NCBI GenBank assembly: GCA_019057795.1
Contig: JAHLWS010000078.1
Span: forward strand, 96,001 to 160,000
From: Promethearchaeota archaeon
GTDB lineage: Archaea > Asgardarchaeota > Lokiarchaeia > Sigyniarchaeales > SOKP01
Reading direction: 5' to 3'
DNA: 64,000 bases
The first letter of the stretch is position 1, and every line of letters starts with the position of its first letter. The translations under genes and the position numbers were made by a program. The notes below the pieces were generated by a model. The model searched no databases. It was not told the origin of the DNA and saw only the letters and a program-made list of their open reading frames with translations. This document shows, piece by piece, positions 1 to 10,997 of this stretch.

Positions 1-1
1 G

Positions 2-1252
2 GAAGGTAATTTTTCGCTTGTTAAGGCCTCAATTAAACCATTTGAAAAACCAGATTTTAAAAAAAAGAGGAATTATCTTCACGGGAGGTTGGGAATTTAC
101 TCTTTTAATAAAATAGCTAGGAATTTATTTAAAAAAATATCTAAAAATCCCATATCCGATTCATTATATTCAATCATAATGGAATATATCGCATCCTATA
201 AAGAACCATTGATCGAAATAAGCGGGACGATTGCGTGGAATGTATTAGAACACATTGCCTCAAGATACTGGAACAAAAAAAATAAAAAAAAGTTATATAT
301 CATTAGAAAAGAGAAGTTTGAAGACTATATTGATGTCTTAAGTCAATGTGCTGAAAAATTTATTGAGAATATAGATGAACTAAAAGATGTGCTAATTGAT
401 CATCCTAAATATAAAGGAGTTTACAAAGGATTACTTAAAAATAGTTTATCTTCAGAAATTCTCAAATATTCTCCAGTAAAATTCCGTATATATAGGATGT
501 TTGAGGAAGAAAAGATCTCTGATAAATCTGATGAAGAATTGATAAAAGATATGTATGTCATCCGAAATGATATGTATCATTCTGGTCTTAATATATCAGA
601 GATACAACAAAAGAGAGGAAAAAATCCCATTGATGTTATAGTGAAGTTCAAACCGTTTCTGTATAGAAAGATCTTAGAATTTTTAGGATTTATTGATGAA
701 TTTTTCTTATTTGATACCGGACATCTAATTACCAGAGAAGAAACAATAAAAATTCCAAATATATTAGAGTGGGAACCAGACATTCCTATCAAATTGGATG
801 AATCAAAATTAATTCAACAAATAAAGTCATTAGATGATTTATTGCAAAAGTTAATAGGCACCGATTTGAATGCTGAAGTAATAGATGAGGACAAACATTA
901 TAAAGTGCGCGCGATTCTCTCTAAGAATAAAGGAAAATACATAATCACATTCTTAGATTCCCCCTTGATTTTTTTTAGTGCTTTTGATGAGATTCCATCA
1001 AAGGATAAAAAATATCCAGAAGATATTACAAGATATTTAAGATCAATAAGATGTACATTCATACATAATAATATTCGATATGAAATAGAGTTCTATAATA
1101 AACCACTTGGTTATCCTAAATTTAATTTAAAGATTAGTCATCCGGAAATAGAGAAATGGATAGAGGAGCAGACTGGAAAAGAAAGAAAGATCAAAGAAGA
1201 GACCAGTAAGGTTCATTTTAGAATATCTAAGATTAATATGATCGAAATATAG
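2..1252 (+). CDS. HEPN (ApeA-like) domain protein, probably 5'-truncated by the window edge
   Basis: Frame is open from base 2 through the annotated TTG at 89; W-x-x-LE helix followed by R-x4-H motif RNDMYH. Confidence 0.55.
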   Translation, partial: EGNFSLVKASIKPFEKPDFKKKRNYLHGRLGIYSFNKIARNLFKKISKNPISDSLYSIIMEYIASYKEPLIEISGTIAWNVLEHIASRYWNKKNKKKLYIIRKEKFEDYIDVLSQCAEKFIENIDELKDVLIDHPKYKGVYKGLLKNSLSSEILKYSPVKFRIYRMFEEEKISDKSDEELIKDMYVIRNDMYHSGLNISEIQQKRGKNPIDVIVKFKPFLYRKILEFLGFIDEFFLFDTGHLITREETIKIPNILEWEPDIPIKLDESKLIQQIKSLDDLLQKLIGTDLNAEVIDEDKHYKVRAILSKNKGKYIITFLDSPLIFFSAFDEIPSKDKKYPEDITRYLRSIRCTFIHNNIRYEIEFYNKPLGYPKFNLKISHPEIEKWIEEQTGKERKIKEETSKVHFRISKINMIEI

Positions 1253-1297
1253 TAGAACTATCTATAAGTTAAATGATTTTTAACAATGAAATAACAA

Positions 1298-1481
1298 TTA
1301 TCTAATTCCCAAATGTTTTTTGATTTTTTTAATTTCTTTATCATTTTAATATAATGCTTCTATTACAACATATTGAAATTCTTCTTCCTCACTTTTAGGT
1401 GGAATCCTTTTATGCTTTTGAAAATATTTTACCAAAATAAATCAATAACTAAATATCATCAAATTCTTTAATTAAATTCAT
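1298..1481 (-). pseudogene. Degraded small gene
   Basis: GGTGA RBS then ATG at 1481; protein-like MNLIKEFDDI*...YFQKHKRIPPKSEEEEFQYVVIEALY*NDKEIKKIKKHLGIR* with stops and a frameshift. Confidence 0.4.
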
Positions 1482-1600
1482 AAAGTTCACCTTATTCCTT
1501 CAAGTTTTTAAATTTTAAGTTAAGAAATTAATCTAAAGGAAAATTAGTAAAAAAATCTTTTAGAATGAACTTTATTCTAATTTTTTACCTTTCTCTTGTT

Positions 1601-1640
1601 TATCTCCCTCCCCTGTGGTTCCCCCTCAATAATCGGGGGA
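1601..1640. repeat. Island intergenic motif, copy 1 (TATCTCCCTCCCCTGTGGT plus CCCCC/GGGGG hairpin)
   Basis: 17/19 identical to 6836-6854; both lie about 40 nt past the stop of a minus-strand gene. Confidence 0.55.
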
Positions 1641-1659
1641 AAAATTCTTTTTAAAAAAA

Positions 1660-2430
1660 TTAGAGAAGTTTTCTCATTTCTCTAGTAAATATTCTACAAA
1701 TCTTAATCGTCTCTAATATATCATCCCATTTTTCAAAATTAGCTCTAATATGATTACTATGAGCTAAATTATTTCTTAATTTTTTTAATTTCTTTAGGTA
1801 ATATCGAATATCCCCTTCATCCTTTTCACAAACTAAGCAGAAATCATTGAATTTTTCAATTTTTTTGATTATTTCGATTTTATCATCAAGAAATGAACAA
1901 TGTAGTATATCAATATCTAAATCTTGGGCTTTTAAAGATGCAAATCTTTCTTTAATTTTATCAAAAATCTCCTTATCCAATAAATTCTGCCAATTTGAAA
2001 CATATTTTATTATAAAATCAATACAAACTACTTCAAAATTCATAATCAATCCAAAAAGCAATAAACGACCTGGTCCTTTTTGTAAATCTCCAATAGTAAC
2101 TATTTTTTCGATGTTTTCATTTGAATTAAAGAAATATTTGGTTTTATGATCATCCATAAACTTGTTGAGGAGCGTCGTGATTGGTAGGTTATCTGGAATA
2201 ATTTCATCGAGATTTATGTTTTTTATTATACCCTTATTTGTTAATACTTTTTTTATCATCTTTCCTTTTCTTCTAATTCCAAGTAAATCATAGTTCTTAT
2301 TATGCATAAGTTGAAGAGCATCTTCTCTGGATTGTGAATCACATTCCCAACAGGTTAGATCAGATGCGATATGAGCAACTGTAATGTTCTCTTCAAATGA
2401 TTCAATGAAATCATAAAAATGAGGTCTCAT
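1660..2430 (-). CDS. CBS-like plus HEPN-like domain protein
   Basis: N-terminal CBS-like pattern (ITVAHIA...IVTIGDL); C-terminal RNNLAH. Confidence 0.55.
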   Translation of the reverse strand: MRPHFYDFIESFEENITVAHIASDLTCWECDSQSREDALQLMHNKNYDLLGIRRKGKMIKKVLTNKGIIKNINLDEIIPDNLPITTLLNKFMDDHKTKYFFNSNENIEKIVTIGDLQKGPGRLLLFGLIMNFEVVCIDFIIKYVSNWQNLLDKEIFDKIKERFASLKAQDLDIDILHCSFLDDKIEIIKKIEKFNDFCLVCEKDEGDIRYYLKKLKKLRNNLAHSNHIRANFEKWDDILETIKICRIFTREMRKLL

Positions 2431-2631
2431 ATATTAACACATTTTCTTTCCATAACAAAATATTGCATAAATCAAATAAGATGAGTAATCAATATTTTTA
2501 TATAATGAATGATGATTTTTTAATTGAATATCAATTAATAATCATTTGCAAACATCTAGCGCAATTTTAAGCTTTATTTATAATTTTAAAAACCAATATA
2601 GAGTAATCGATTAAAGAGTCGAGATGATTTA

Positions 2632-4359
2632 ATGACATCAATGAAGACAAATACAATTATTTATTTATATAATATGGGTGTAGACAAGTCAATAAAGAAA
2701 GAAATTGATTCAGACATAGAAAATTTCATTTACAATAGCATTAATAAATATCTTGGTAATCGTGAAGAAGTTGAAATTGAAGAAGACCCATATCAATTAA
2801 ATGGGGCAATATTAAATTGGCTTAGGCGGGCAAAAATTGATGAAAGACAAGTAAATCCTTTTTGTAAAAAGTTGCGGGACGCTCTTAGCACAAGATCAAT
2901 TGAAGCTCAGAGAAATCTTATTTTATATTTACGGTCTCATAAAAAAAGTGAGCCTTTTTTTTATATTATTCACACTTCTGAGAGACTTGAAGTTGTTGAT
3001 GAAGATTTTAAAAAAATTATTGAAGTAGGATTAGGTCCTGGAAAAATTCTAAGAGTTCTACAATTTTCTAGATTAAGTATTGATTCTATACAATTAAGTT
3101 ATAGGGAAAAATATAAATCAAATTTACTAATTAATTTATTTCATCTCACTTCTGACAGATATAAATCGACGGGCAGTATCAAGTTAAAGGGATCTTTTGG
3201 AAATGACTTAGATTTTATAATTGATTTGACTCCATCTAACTTTCTAAAGCATTATAATTCAAATAATATTAAATTTGAAGAAGATAATCAAATTGATATC
3301 TTTGATAGATATTCACTGAAGTTAAGGGAAATTAAGTTTGGCTCAGTTTATATCAAACCAACTAAAAATAAAATTGATAAATTCATAAAAACCATCAAAG
3401 ACGAATTCGATGAACACGAAGAGTTAATAGAAAAATTTCTTTTAGATTTCCAATCAATAAAACTGAAGTACGGAATTGAACAAAATATGTCTTTAACTAA
3501 GTTCTTAGATCCAAACGGATTTCCAGATCGGGAATCAATTAGATTCGAAGAAGGGAGGGAATTTGTTAAATGTTTTATTAATGATACGCTTGATTGCAGT
3601 ATTAAAAAACCAGTAGATCCTTGGGGTGAATTTTTTGTAATCGATAATTTAATTAATTTTTCACAGCATTATAGCAAAAATATTGCACGAGAAATAATTA
3701 TCGGGTCTTTAAGGAATGTTAGATTTATAGATATACCATTTTCTAAGGAAAAATTAAAAATTGGGCAATATTATTGGCATAACGATTTTTTAATCCATAG
3801 TAATTTAAAAAAATTACTTGAGTTTGTTCAAGACGAATACGATAAATCGGATAGCGACAGAAGACGAAAATTACTCTTGGTAGCTATGTTAGACATTCTC
3901 AAAAATGCTGTAGACAACATTTGTATGAGGAAATTTTCAAAAGAGATAATTTTTTGGTTAATAAAAGGAAAAGAGGATCTTTCAAGAGATATAGTTGAAG
4001 ATAATATTTTCGAATTTAAAAGGGGGGATATTTTAGATACATCAACTTTTACACTTCCACAAAGAATAACGAAAATCTCGAATGGTTTAAGACCTAATTT
4101 GAATAATAATGGATTGTCTATTTTAATTGTAGGTTATGATGAAGATAGAAATCAGATAACACCGATTAAATTTAGTCACTATAGAGAGGAAGTACGCCAA
4201 GAAATATATGATGGAATAAAAGGTGAATTATCAAATCAAGAGTTAATAATTAATATGTTCTTAATCAATACAGAAGATACAGATAAGGGACTAATCATCA
4301 TTTTTGCCGCAGATACAAATTATAGTGATAAAATAGACTTAAATAATCTTTTTAGTTAA
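2632..4359 (+). CDS. Hypothetical protein with C-terminal Schlafen/AlbA_2-like domain
   Basis: 575 aa ORF; EDNIFEFK...GLSILIVGYDED resembles AlbA_2 (E-x-K ... G-x-I-x-x-G-x-D). Confidence 0.45.
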   Translation: MTSMKTNTIIYLYNMGVDKSIKKEIDSDIENFIYNSINKYLGNREEVEIEEDPYQLNGAILNWLRRAKIDERQVNPFCKKLRDALSTRSIEAQRNLILYLRSHKKSEPFFYIIHTSERLEVVDEDFKKIIEVGLGPGKILRVLQFSRLSIDSIQLSYREKYKSNLLINLFHLTSDRYKSTGSIKLKGSFGNDLDFIIDLTPSNFLKHYNSNNIKFEEDNQIDIFDRYSLKLREIKFGSVYIKPTKNKIDKFIKTIKDEFDEHEELIEKFLLDFQSIKLKYGIEQNMSLTKFLDPNGFPDRESIRFEEGREFVKCFINDTLDCSIKKPVDPWGEFFVIDNLINFSQHYSKNIAREIIIGSLRNVRFIDIPFSKEKLKIGQYYWHNDFLIHSNLKKLLEFVQDEYDKSDSDRRRKLLLVAMLDILKNAVDNICMRKFSKEIIFWLIKGKEDLSRDIVEDNIFEFKRGDILDTSTFTLPQRITKISNGLRPNLNNNGLSILIVGYDEDRNQITPIKFSHYREEVRQEIYDGIKGELSNQELIINMFLINTEDTDKGLIIIFAADTNYSDKIDLNNLFS

Positions 4360-4372
4360 TTTTATCTTAATA

Positions 4373-4543
4373 AAGATCTGTGCGAAAGGGTCAATATCGC
4401 ATATAGTACCATGATGGAAGAAGACAATAAAATGAATCAGCTCGCATATATCACCACTTTTCTAATCGCTTTCAAGGGAAGGCTTAATCGAGTCTGCGAA
4501 AATATTTAGAAATTACTTTACTTCTTGATTAAAAACTAAAAAA
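4373..4543 (+). pseudogene. Orphan 3' copy of the 66-aa gene at 10677-10877, plus downstream flank
   Basis: Encodes DLCERVNIAYSTMMEEDNKMNQLAYITTFLIAFKGRLNRVCENI* with no start; aligns with 10741-10910. Confidence 0.9.
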
Positions 4544-4773
4544 ATAAAATCGAATTTAATCTTGAAATCATTGAGATAGTTAACATATATCCATCTTTTG
4601 ATTAATAATATTTTAGAAATGAATTGAATTCAAGGAAAAGACAACAAATATGGGAGTAAGAGATCACCTTTTTCTATTCAATCTAGTATTTCGATTACTT
4701 TTATTATCTAATTACTAGAATTATTTTTATTAAATTTCTAATTATAGATTTATAGACTTAGCGAGGAGTTTTT

Positions 4774-5859
4774 ATGACAAGGAAAAATATATCAAGAGAA
4801 CATCTTCAGAATTTGCTTTATACTTTTGAAAGAGATGAAAATTTAAATTTCTTCTTAATGATTTACACATACCTAAACATTAGTTTTATAACGTTAATTT
4901 TTATTGGTATAGGGTTATATGAAATATCATCAATAATAATTGTTCTTGTCGTTTTATTTGTAATTATTTCGTGTGCTTTTACAAGAAAGCTTTCATTACA
5001 TTTAGACAAAAAGAAGAATAAAAAGATAACTCGCAAATTAAAACAATATTTAATTACCGGAAAAAGGGAAGAGGATAATAAATTTGAAGATATTCTTGAT
5101 AAGTTAAAATTAACTGAACGACAATATAAAATAAGTCAATTAACATCTTTTTCTTATGTACTTTTAATCATCTCCATAGAGTTTTTAATACTCTTTCTTT
5201 TCCAGAAAATCCTTGTTTTAGCAAACCCTTTAAATTATAATATAGTTATTATTGGAACTTTTTTACTTATAGAATTATCAATTAATCTTCTATTGCTACT
5301 TTTTCAAACACTAAGATACATGAACTTTAAAGGTATCCATCAGTTAAGGGATTTTTTAGAAAAGATCATAACCAAAGAATTAACTAGAATTGAAAATAAA
5401 ATCGAAAAAATCATGGATTTAAAATTAAGAGAGTTTAAGTTTAAAAGAAAGCAATTACTAAGATGTCTTCAAAAATGGAGTGATCTTTATCTTGGATCGT
5501 ATTTTGTTGGATTAAGAGAACAACTATTAATATCAGATTATAAAAATTTAACATACAATATTAGAGATGAGGTCTATTATTATACATTATTTAACGATCT
5601 TAAATTTAAGATTGAAGAAAGCCATATTTTTCATTCATTAAATAGAGATGAAAGCAAAAAAAAAGAAACAGAAGATCCTATCCACAACATAATTGAACTC
5701 AATATTAAAAGGTTGAACACGAGCATTCAAAGTAGACTCTTAATAAAAAATGAAAGAAGAACTAAGATTAGAATGTCTCAAACTTGGATTGCAATAATTA
5801 GTATAACATTATCCATTATATTTTCTCTTTCAAGACTCCCTTCTCTGTGGGTTTTCTAA
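4774..5859 (+). CDS. Hypothetical membrane protein
   Basis: 361 aa, about 5 hydrophobic segments, GAGGAG RBS. Confidence 0.7.
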   Translation: MTRKNISREHLQNLLYTFERDENLNFFLMIYTYLNISFITLIFIGIGLYEISSIIIVLVVLFVIISCAFTRKLSLHLDKKKNKKITRKLKQYLITGKREEDNKFEDILDKLKLTERQYKISQLTSFSYVLLIISIEFLILFLFQKILVLANPLNYNIVIIGTFLLIELSINLLLLLFQTLRYMNFKGIHQLRDFLEKIITKELTRIENKIEKIMDLKLREFKFKRKQLLRCLQKWSDLYLGSYFVGLREQLLISDYKNLTYNIRDEVYYYTLFNDLKFKIEESHIFHSLNRDESKKKETEDPIHNIIELNIKRLNTSIQSRLLIKNERRTKIRMSQTWIAIISITLSIIFSLSRLPSLWVF

Positions 5860-6081
5860 CTTATTGATAAGTTCATTTTACCAATCTTACTTTTTTTATA
5901 TGAATTAATTTAAAAATACATCAAATATCGAAGGAAAAATTAATTAAGGAATTTTATCTAATTTACTTTCGATAAATTTTCTGTCATTTCCACCAACTTT
6001 TTCAAAGGTTTCAATAATTAATCTTTTTGTATTTTTCTTTCTAATTCATGAAACCGACTTTTCCAAATATAATCTTTATTT

Positions 6082-6744
6082 TTATAGTATTCCTTTCCTA
6101 GTACCAACCAATAATTTTTTTTTATCAATCAAATCCTTAATTTTTTCATAATTTACGATTAACGCCTTCAATAAATCATAAGTATATCGAATTTTATTAA
6201 GATCTCCTAATTTTTCGATCATTTCTTCCAATTTATAAACACAATTCTCTAAAATTACTTGATTAGCAGATATAATAGATAAATATAAAGAACGAGCAAG
6301 AATTTTAGTAACGAAATTATAGTTTTCTTTTTCAAAGAAAAAATCTGTCATCTCTAAATATCCTTCTGCAGCTTTAGAAGCAATTTTAGGATTTTTTTCT
6401 TCTGATTCCTGCCAAACAATGTCAGCAAATTTAGCTTTCAATAATGAATTTCTTGTGTTTGAAAATTTTGTTGTAAAGTAATTTAAATCTTTTTCTTCAA
6501 AATCAAATTCTTTCCCAACTATTGGAATTAATTTGTAGTCATCATTCCTAATTTCTAAGGCATGAACCAATGCTTCTTTTTGAATCGATCTAAAAAGAAT
6601 ATATTTCTTGTTTTCTTCATATTTCCTCATTAAAAGATTACATAAGTTTAACCAATCCAGTTGATTAAAATGATTAAATTTACCCTCTTCAATCATAATT
6701 CTTATTTCATTTGGTTCTTTATTATTCAAATCTTCTAAGCTCAT
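6082..6744 (-). pseudogene. Probably truncated N-terminal part of a DUF4209-type protein
   Basis: LLKAKFADIVW motif; coding-like sequence continues past the stop (*NKDYIWKSRFHELERKIQKD*). Confidence 0.4.
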
Positions 6745-6835
6745 TAATTACACCTCAAAATATTTTTATTTTTGTCTTACCCTATAATAAACACAACAGG
6801 AATATATTTTTTTCCTATTTCTCTCCTATATTTAT

Positions 6836-6875
6836 TATCTGCCTCCCCCGTGGTACTTCTTCCTAAAAAAGTAGG
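6836..6875. repeat. Island intergenic motif, copy 2
   Basis: TATCTGCCTCCCCCGTGGT followed by a CCTA/TAGG hairpin. Confidence 0.55.
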
Positions 6876-6893
6876 TGTGAAATGATCAGTGAA

Positions 6894-8003
6894 TCATTTT
6901 TTGATTATCAATATTGTTCTTAATAGCAAGATCGTATAACTATAACCCATTTTGGCTTCCCATTCGAGGACATCTTTCTCATTACCGTGCCCAGAATCCC
7001 TAGTGTTCCTCACGGTTCCAACAATATTTATCCCCGATAATAAAAGTTTATCTATACCATTCATCACATTAGAATCGGTACCTCTAAATATTTTTTTTGA
7101 TTTCTGTCTAACTTTTTGGATTAATTTTTCAAGGCTTAGTTTACTATTTTCTTCTTTATCCCCCAAGAGATTTTTATAGAAATTTTCTAATGTTTTACAG
7201 CAATAGAGCAAAACATCGTTCCACTCACCAGTTAATTTATGCTCGTAAGCTTTGTCAACATTTTCCGTGACTTTTGGATATTTTTCAAGCTCTTTGTAAA
7301 CCCTTCTTTCTTGAAATTCCTCGACACTATTTCCTATGATTCTGAGTTTCCCAGCATCACAAGAAATCCAATTTTTGCCCATCAGTCGAAAGATTTCGTT
7401 TAAAAAATCATCAAATTCTTGAGATGTGAGGATATTTTTAACAGAATTCTCATTTAAAAAAAAGTTATTAAAATTGAAGACCTTACGAAAAGATACAGCA
7501 ACATCTCCAGATCTCCAACCTTTTCCAGGATTTTTTCTGAAAAATTCCTCCTTTTCTTCGATTTCTCTTAAACCTGCGTTTTCCCAACCTCCATAATCAT
7601 CTTGATAACTTATATTTTTATACATTTCACCTATCCAACAATTCAATTCTTTGAAAAAATTATTAACTTCGATGTGATTCTTCTTTTTTGTATAACCTAT
7701 TCTTTCAAAAAGGTTTAACAAATGATCATTAATTTCTTTTCTTACTATAGGATTATCTGATCTATAATGATATTCTTTATAATTTTCAAACCAATCTAAA
7801 AACAAAGGATAACCTTTTCTGTGACATTCACTAATTATTCCACTAAATGGAAAATTATAAGGGTCCATACTAAGCAAATTTTGTGCCTGGTATGAATTGT
7901 AAGGATAAAACAATACTAAATTGTAAAGTTTAGTAACACATTCATTTACATTGATATCTTCATATTTTATTGGTAATGATTGACCATTATTAGCCAATTT
8001 CAC
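6894..8003 (-). CDS. Abortive-infection (Abi_C/HEPN-like) protein
   Basis: C-terminal CCKTLE...RNTRDSGHG, typical of Abi_C. Confidence 0.65.
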   Translation of the reverse strand: MKLANNGQSLPIKYEDINVNECVTKLYNLVLFYPYNSYQAQNLLSMDPYNFPFSGIISECHRKGYPLFLDWFENYKEYHYRSDNPIVRKEINDHLLNLFERIGYTKKKNHIEVNNFFKELNCWIGEMYKNISYQDDYGGWENAGLREIEEKEEFFRKNPGKGWRSGDVAVSFRKVFNFNNFFLNENSVKNILTSQEFDDFLNEIFRLMGKNWISCDAGKLRIIGNSVEEFQERRVYKELEKYPKVTENVDKAYEHKLTGEWNDVLLYCCKTLENFYKNLLGDKEENSKLSLEKLIQKVRQKSKKIFRGTDSNVMNGIDKLLLSGINIVGTVRNTRDSGHGNEKDVLEWEAKMGYSYTILLLRTILIIKK

Positions 8004-8308
8004 TTTTACTTCACTTACTTCGACAAAAAAATAGTTTTATTATTCAATAATCTTTGGATAAAGATCAAAAGAAAAAAACGATTGGTCTTAAGCAATTTAT
8101 TAATTTTTAAGATAAGGCAAAATATTAGTCGAAATTTAAATAGGTTTCTCCTTGAAAAAGACTAGGCTAAAAAGGAGGAAATTTCATTCTCTTAGAAAAA
8201 AATCTGAATTTCATAATCATCACTAATAGTTGCCGATTTTCTTTCTATAAGTTTATCACAAATTTTAAGAAACCAACTCAATTTTAATCTCCTCTTTATT
8301 ATAAAATA

Positions 8309-9217
8309 TTAGGATTTAAATTTCTTGTATAAAACTTCAAACATAGGTTTTATAGTATTATACCAACTTTCATCTATTATAGTGCTCTTCATTTCTTTAT
8401 TAATATGGATACAGTTTCTAAAATCTCGTAAATGGGATTGGACTAATTTCCATCGCATTTTTTCTCCAAAGATATCTTTTTGTATTGCAATATCTATATT
8501 TGCAGAGAGTCCTCTCTTTTTAGGAATATTATTAATTTCAAAGTATCTATCTAAAAGAAATTCTAAAATTGATCCCATCATTACCATACAAAATTTAAAT
8601 CTATGTTCATATTCAAATTTTAGCAGATCTCTTATGTTGTTTATAAAGATTTCCTTTTCATTATCATCTTTTAAAAATTTATCAAAGCATCCCAGTGAGA
8701 TTTCAAATTCTTCATTTCTTAATTTTGATTTATATTCTCTATAAACTTCATCCTCTATAAAATTCAATTCTATTGGAATAGCATTTAAATCTCTTTTAAT
8801 TTTTGAAATAATTTTTCTTAGAATATCTATTACGCCATCCAAAATTTTGTAAAATTCTGACTGAGGAATGAAATAAGTAATTGGAGTTCCCCAAATATTT
8901 GTTGTGTCATATCTAGAAATTTTATTTTTAAAAAAACTCACTACTTCTTCAATAGGGTTTATAAAATCTATAACTTTTTCGTATTCTCGTTCCCCGAACC
9001 AAGCAGATGCTTGTTTATGTAATTTCACATTCAATTTCCTATATTGTGGTAAAGCTTCAATTTCCTTATATCCATAAAGCTCCCAATGAGCCCACTCAAA
9101 AACACTTCTGAGGTTATGAACTTTTGCAATTTCTATCAAATTTTTTAAATTATTTGTAATTTGGTATTTATCTTCAATGTTTTTTTCTATTAATTCAATA
9201 ACTTTTTTAGTTTTCAA
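8309..9217 (-). CDS. AbiTii-like N-terminus plus HEPN-like C-terminus
   Basis: EWAHWELYGY...LPQYRKL; GSILEFLL...RNCIH. Confidence 0.6.
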   Translation of the reverse strand: MKTKKVIELIEKNIEDKYQITNNLKNLIEIAKVHNLRSVFEWAHWELYGYKEIEALPQYRKLNVKLHKQASAWFGEREYEKVIDFINPIEEVVSFFKNKISRYDTTNIWGTPITYFIPQSEFYKILDGVIDILRKIISKIKRDLNAIPIELNFIEDEVYREYKSKLRNEEFEISLGCFDKFLKDDNEKEIFINNIRDLLKFEYEHRFKFCMVMMGSILEFLLDRYFEINNIPKKRGLSANIDIAIQKDIFGEKMRWKLVQSHLRDFRNCIHINKEMKSTIIDESWYNTIKPMFEVLYKKFKS

Positions 9218-9353
9218 ATTATCACTTCATATCTTTATCTTATTTTAAAATTAAACAAATATAAATATCTCTTTTTTCCCACTTTCCTCGATATTTGCTC
9301 TCTCCCTCTCTAGAAAATTCTGCATTACTCAGAAAAAAAATAAATGATTTTTT

Positions 9354-10406
9354 TTATTTATTTTTTTTAAAAAAGTCGATCATTTTTTCTATTTTACTTT
9401 TGGTAGAAAAATGAAATAAATTTTTTTGTAAAAAGTCTGGGTTAAATATTTCCTTTAATTTATTGGAAAGATCTTCCTTTAGAATAACTCTTTCTTTAAA
9501 ATTATAATGATCTAAATCAATTGTAATTGGTTTGTTCACAATTATTAAATAATATATTTTTCTGTTTGATTTAGGAAAGAATGAACTAAACTTTTTAATT
9601 ACTGATCTAGTAATATTTACTTTGTAAAGAGATTCTTTTTCAAGTTTAGTTAATTCCTCAATCAATACGATATTATTTGAGTTAATATCATAAATGATCA
9701 TCTCTGGATGAGCCATATTATTAAATTCAGAATATTTAGGATTATGTAATAGTAGTTCAATTGGAATTGTTTCAAAACCTAATAAGAAAAAGATTTTTGA
9801 TAACATTTTCGTTTTAATATCATCATTTAAACCCGTCCAATCACTATCAAGAAAGTTTCGAATATTAGTAATTTCTCCTTGATTTAGTAAAGAAAGGCGA
9901 TTTAAACTTTTATTTAAGATAACTTGATTCTGCAGATTTTTAAGTCTATTCAAAATAGTTGATTCAATTACTCCTTTAACAAATTCTTTAACATTTATTT
10001 TCAAAAAATCTATTGGGAGCATAATAATTTCTTCGGGATATACTCTTTCCACTATTGGTTGTTTGATAGTGTAATCATAGTCAACAGGTTCCCATAAGCT
10101 ATTCTCCCATTCTTCGTGATTTTCGTGTCCAATAAAAAGAGCCTCTTCTGTTGGTACTCCAGAAGTAGTTTTGTAATCAAGAGTATATTCTTTCTCAAAT
10201 CTATCTCTAAAACTTGTTTTATAGACTCGTAATTCAAATTCTTTTAAAACTTTATCATATTCAACCTTCCAAAGACTCAATGAGACATAAGGAACTTTAT
10301 CTGAGAAAGTATGAAAAAATTCAGCATACTGCGAATGTTCATTCTTAATTTGTCGTCTGAATTCTTCGACCATATTAAAAACCCATTCTTCCTGTTCCTT
10401 TTCCAT
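9354..10406 (-). CDS. Hypothetical protein, possible degenerate restriction-endonuclease-like C-terminus
   Basis: 350 aa; IFFLLGFE...HPEMII...IVLIEE. Confidence 0.4.
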   Translation of the reverse strand: MEKEQEEWVFNMVEEFRRQIKNEHSQYAEFFHTFSDKVPYVSLSLWKVEYDKVLKEFELRVYKTSFRDRFEKEYTLDYKTTSGVPTEEALFIGHENHEEWENSLWEPVDYDYTIKQPIVERVYPEEIIMLPIDFLKINVKEFVKGVIESTILNRLKNLQNQVILNKSLNRLSLLNQGEITNIRNFLDSDWTGLNDDIKTKMLSKIFFLLGFETIPIELLLHNPKYSEFNNMAHPEMIIYDINSNNIVLIEELTKLEKESLYKVNITRSVIKKFSSFFPKSNRKIYYLIIVNKPITIDLDHYNFKERVILKEDLSNKLKEIFNPDFLQKNLFHFSTKSKIEKMIDFFKKNK

Positions 10407-10676
10407 TTCAATCTCCTAAATCGATACAATTTAATTTTTTTACTTGTCTTTTAATAGATTTAAAATAATTAAGAATAAATATTTTTACAAAGAAGTAGTG
10501 TTTGTTTCACTTTTCTCAATAATAATTTCAAGATGAAATTTTAGTTACGGCTAATAACTATATGAAGAGACTATTTAAGTAACTAAAAAAAAAGGTTTTT
10601 TTTATTTAAATACCCACGAAATTATTTAGGATTATAATAGTAGATTCAAAATTGTTAAATAAAGGAAGTAATTGTT

Positions 10677-10877
10677 TTGAAAATTAAAGGAGAAGAAACC
10701 TTTTTTGGAGATACCATCGATACACCAGAAGAATTTGTCGAAGACCTCTGCGAGAGAGTCAATACCGTCTATAACACAGCAATGGACGAGGACGATAAAA
10801 TGAATCAGCTCGCGTTTATCACCACTTTTCTAATCGCTTTCAAAGGAAGGCTTAATCGAGTCTGCGAAAATATATAG
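10677..10877 (+). CDS. Small hypothetical protein (66 aa)
   Basis: Coding status supported by amino-acid conservation with the partial copy at 4373. Confidence 0.8.
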   Translation: MKIKGEETFFGDTIDTPEEFVEDLCERVNTVYNTAMDEDDKMNQLAFITTFLIAFKGRLNRVCENI

Positions 10878-10997
10878 AAATTACTGCAATTCATGATCGA
10901 AAACTAAAAAGATTTTTATGAGATTCCATACTTTTATTTTTATCTTAATTAGGATTAAAGTTCATTTTTAATTCCAAGTTAAGAGTATCAATCAACA

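Noticed and set aside
4373-4543. Template/variable repeat pair of a diversity-generating retroelement
   Set aside because: Differences are not adenine-specific and no reverse transcriptase is present.
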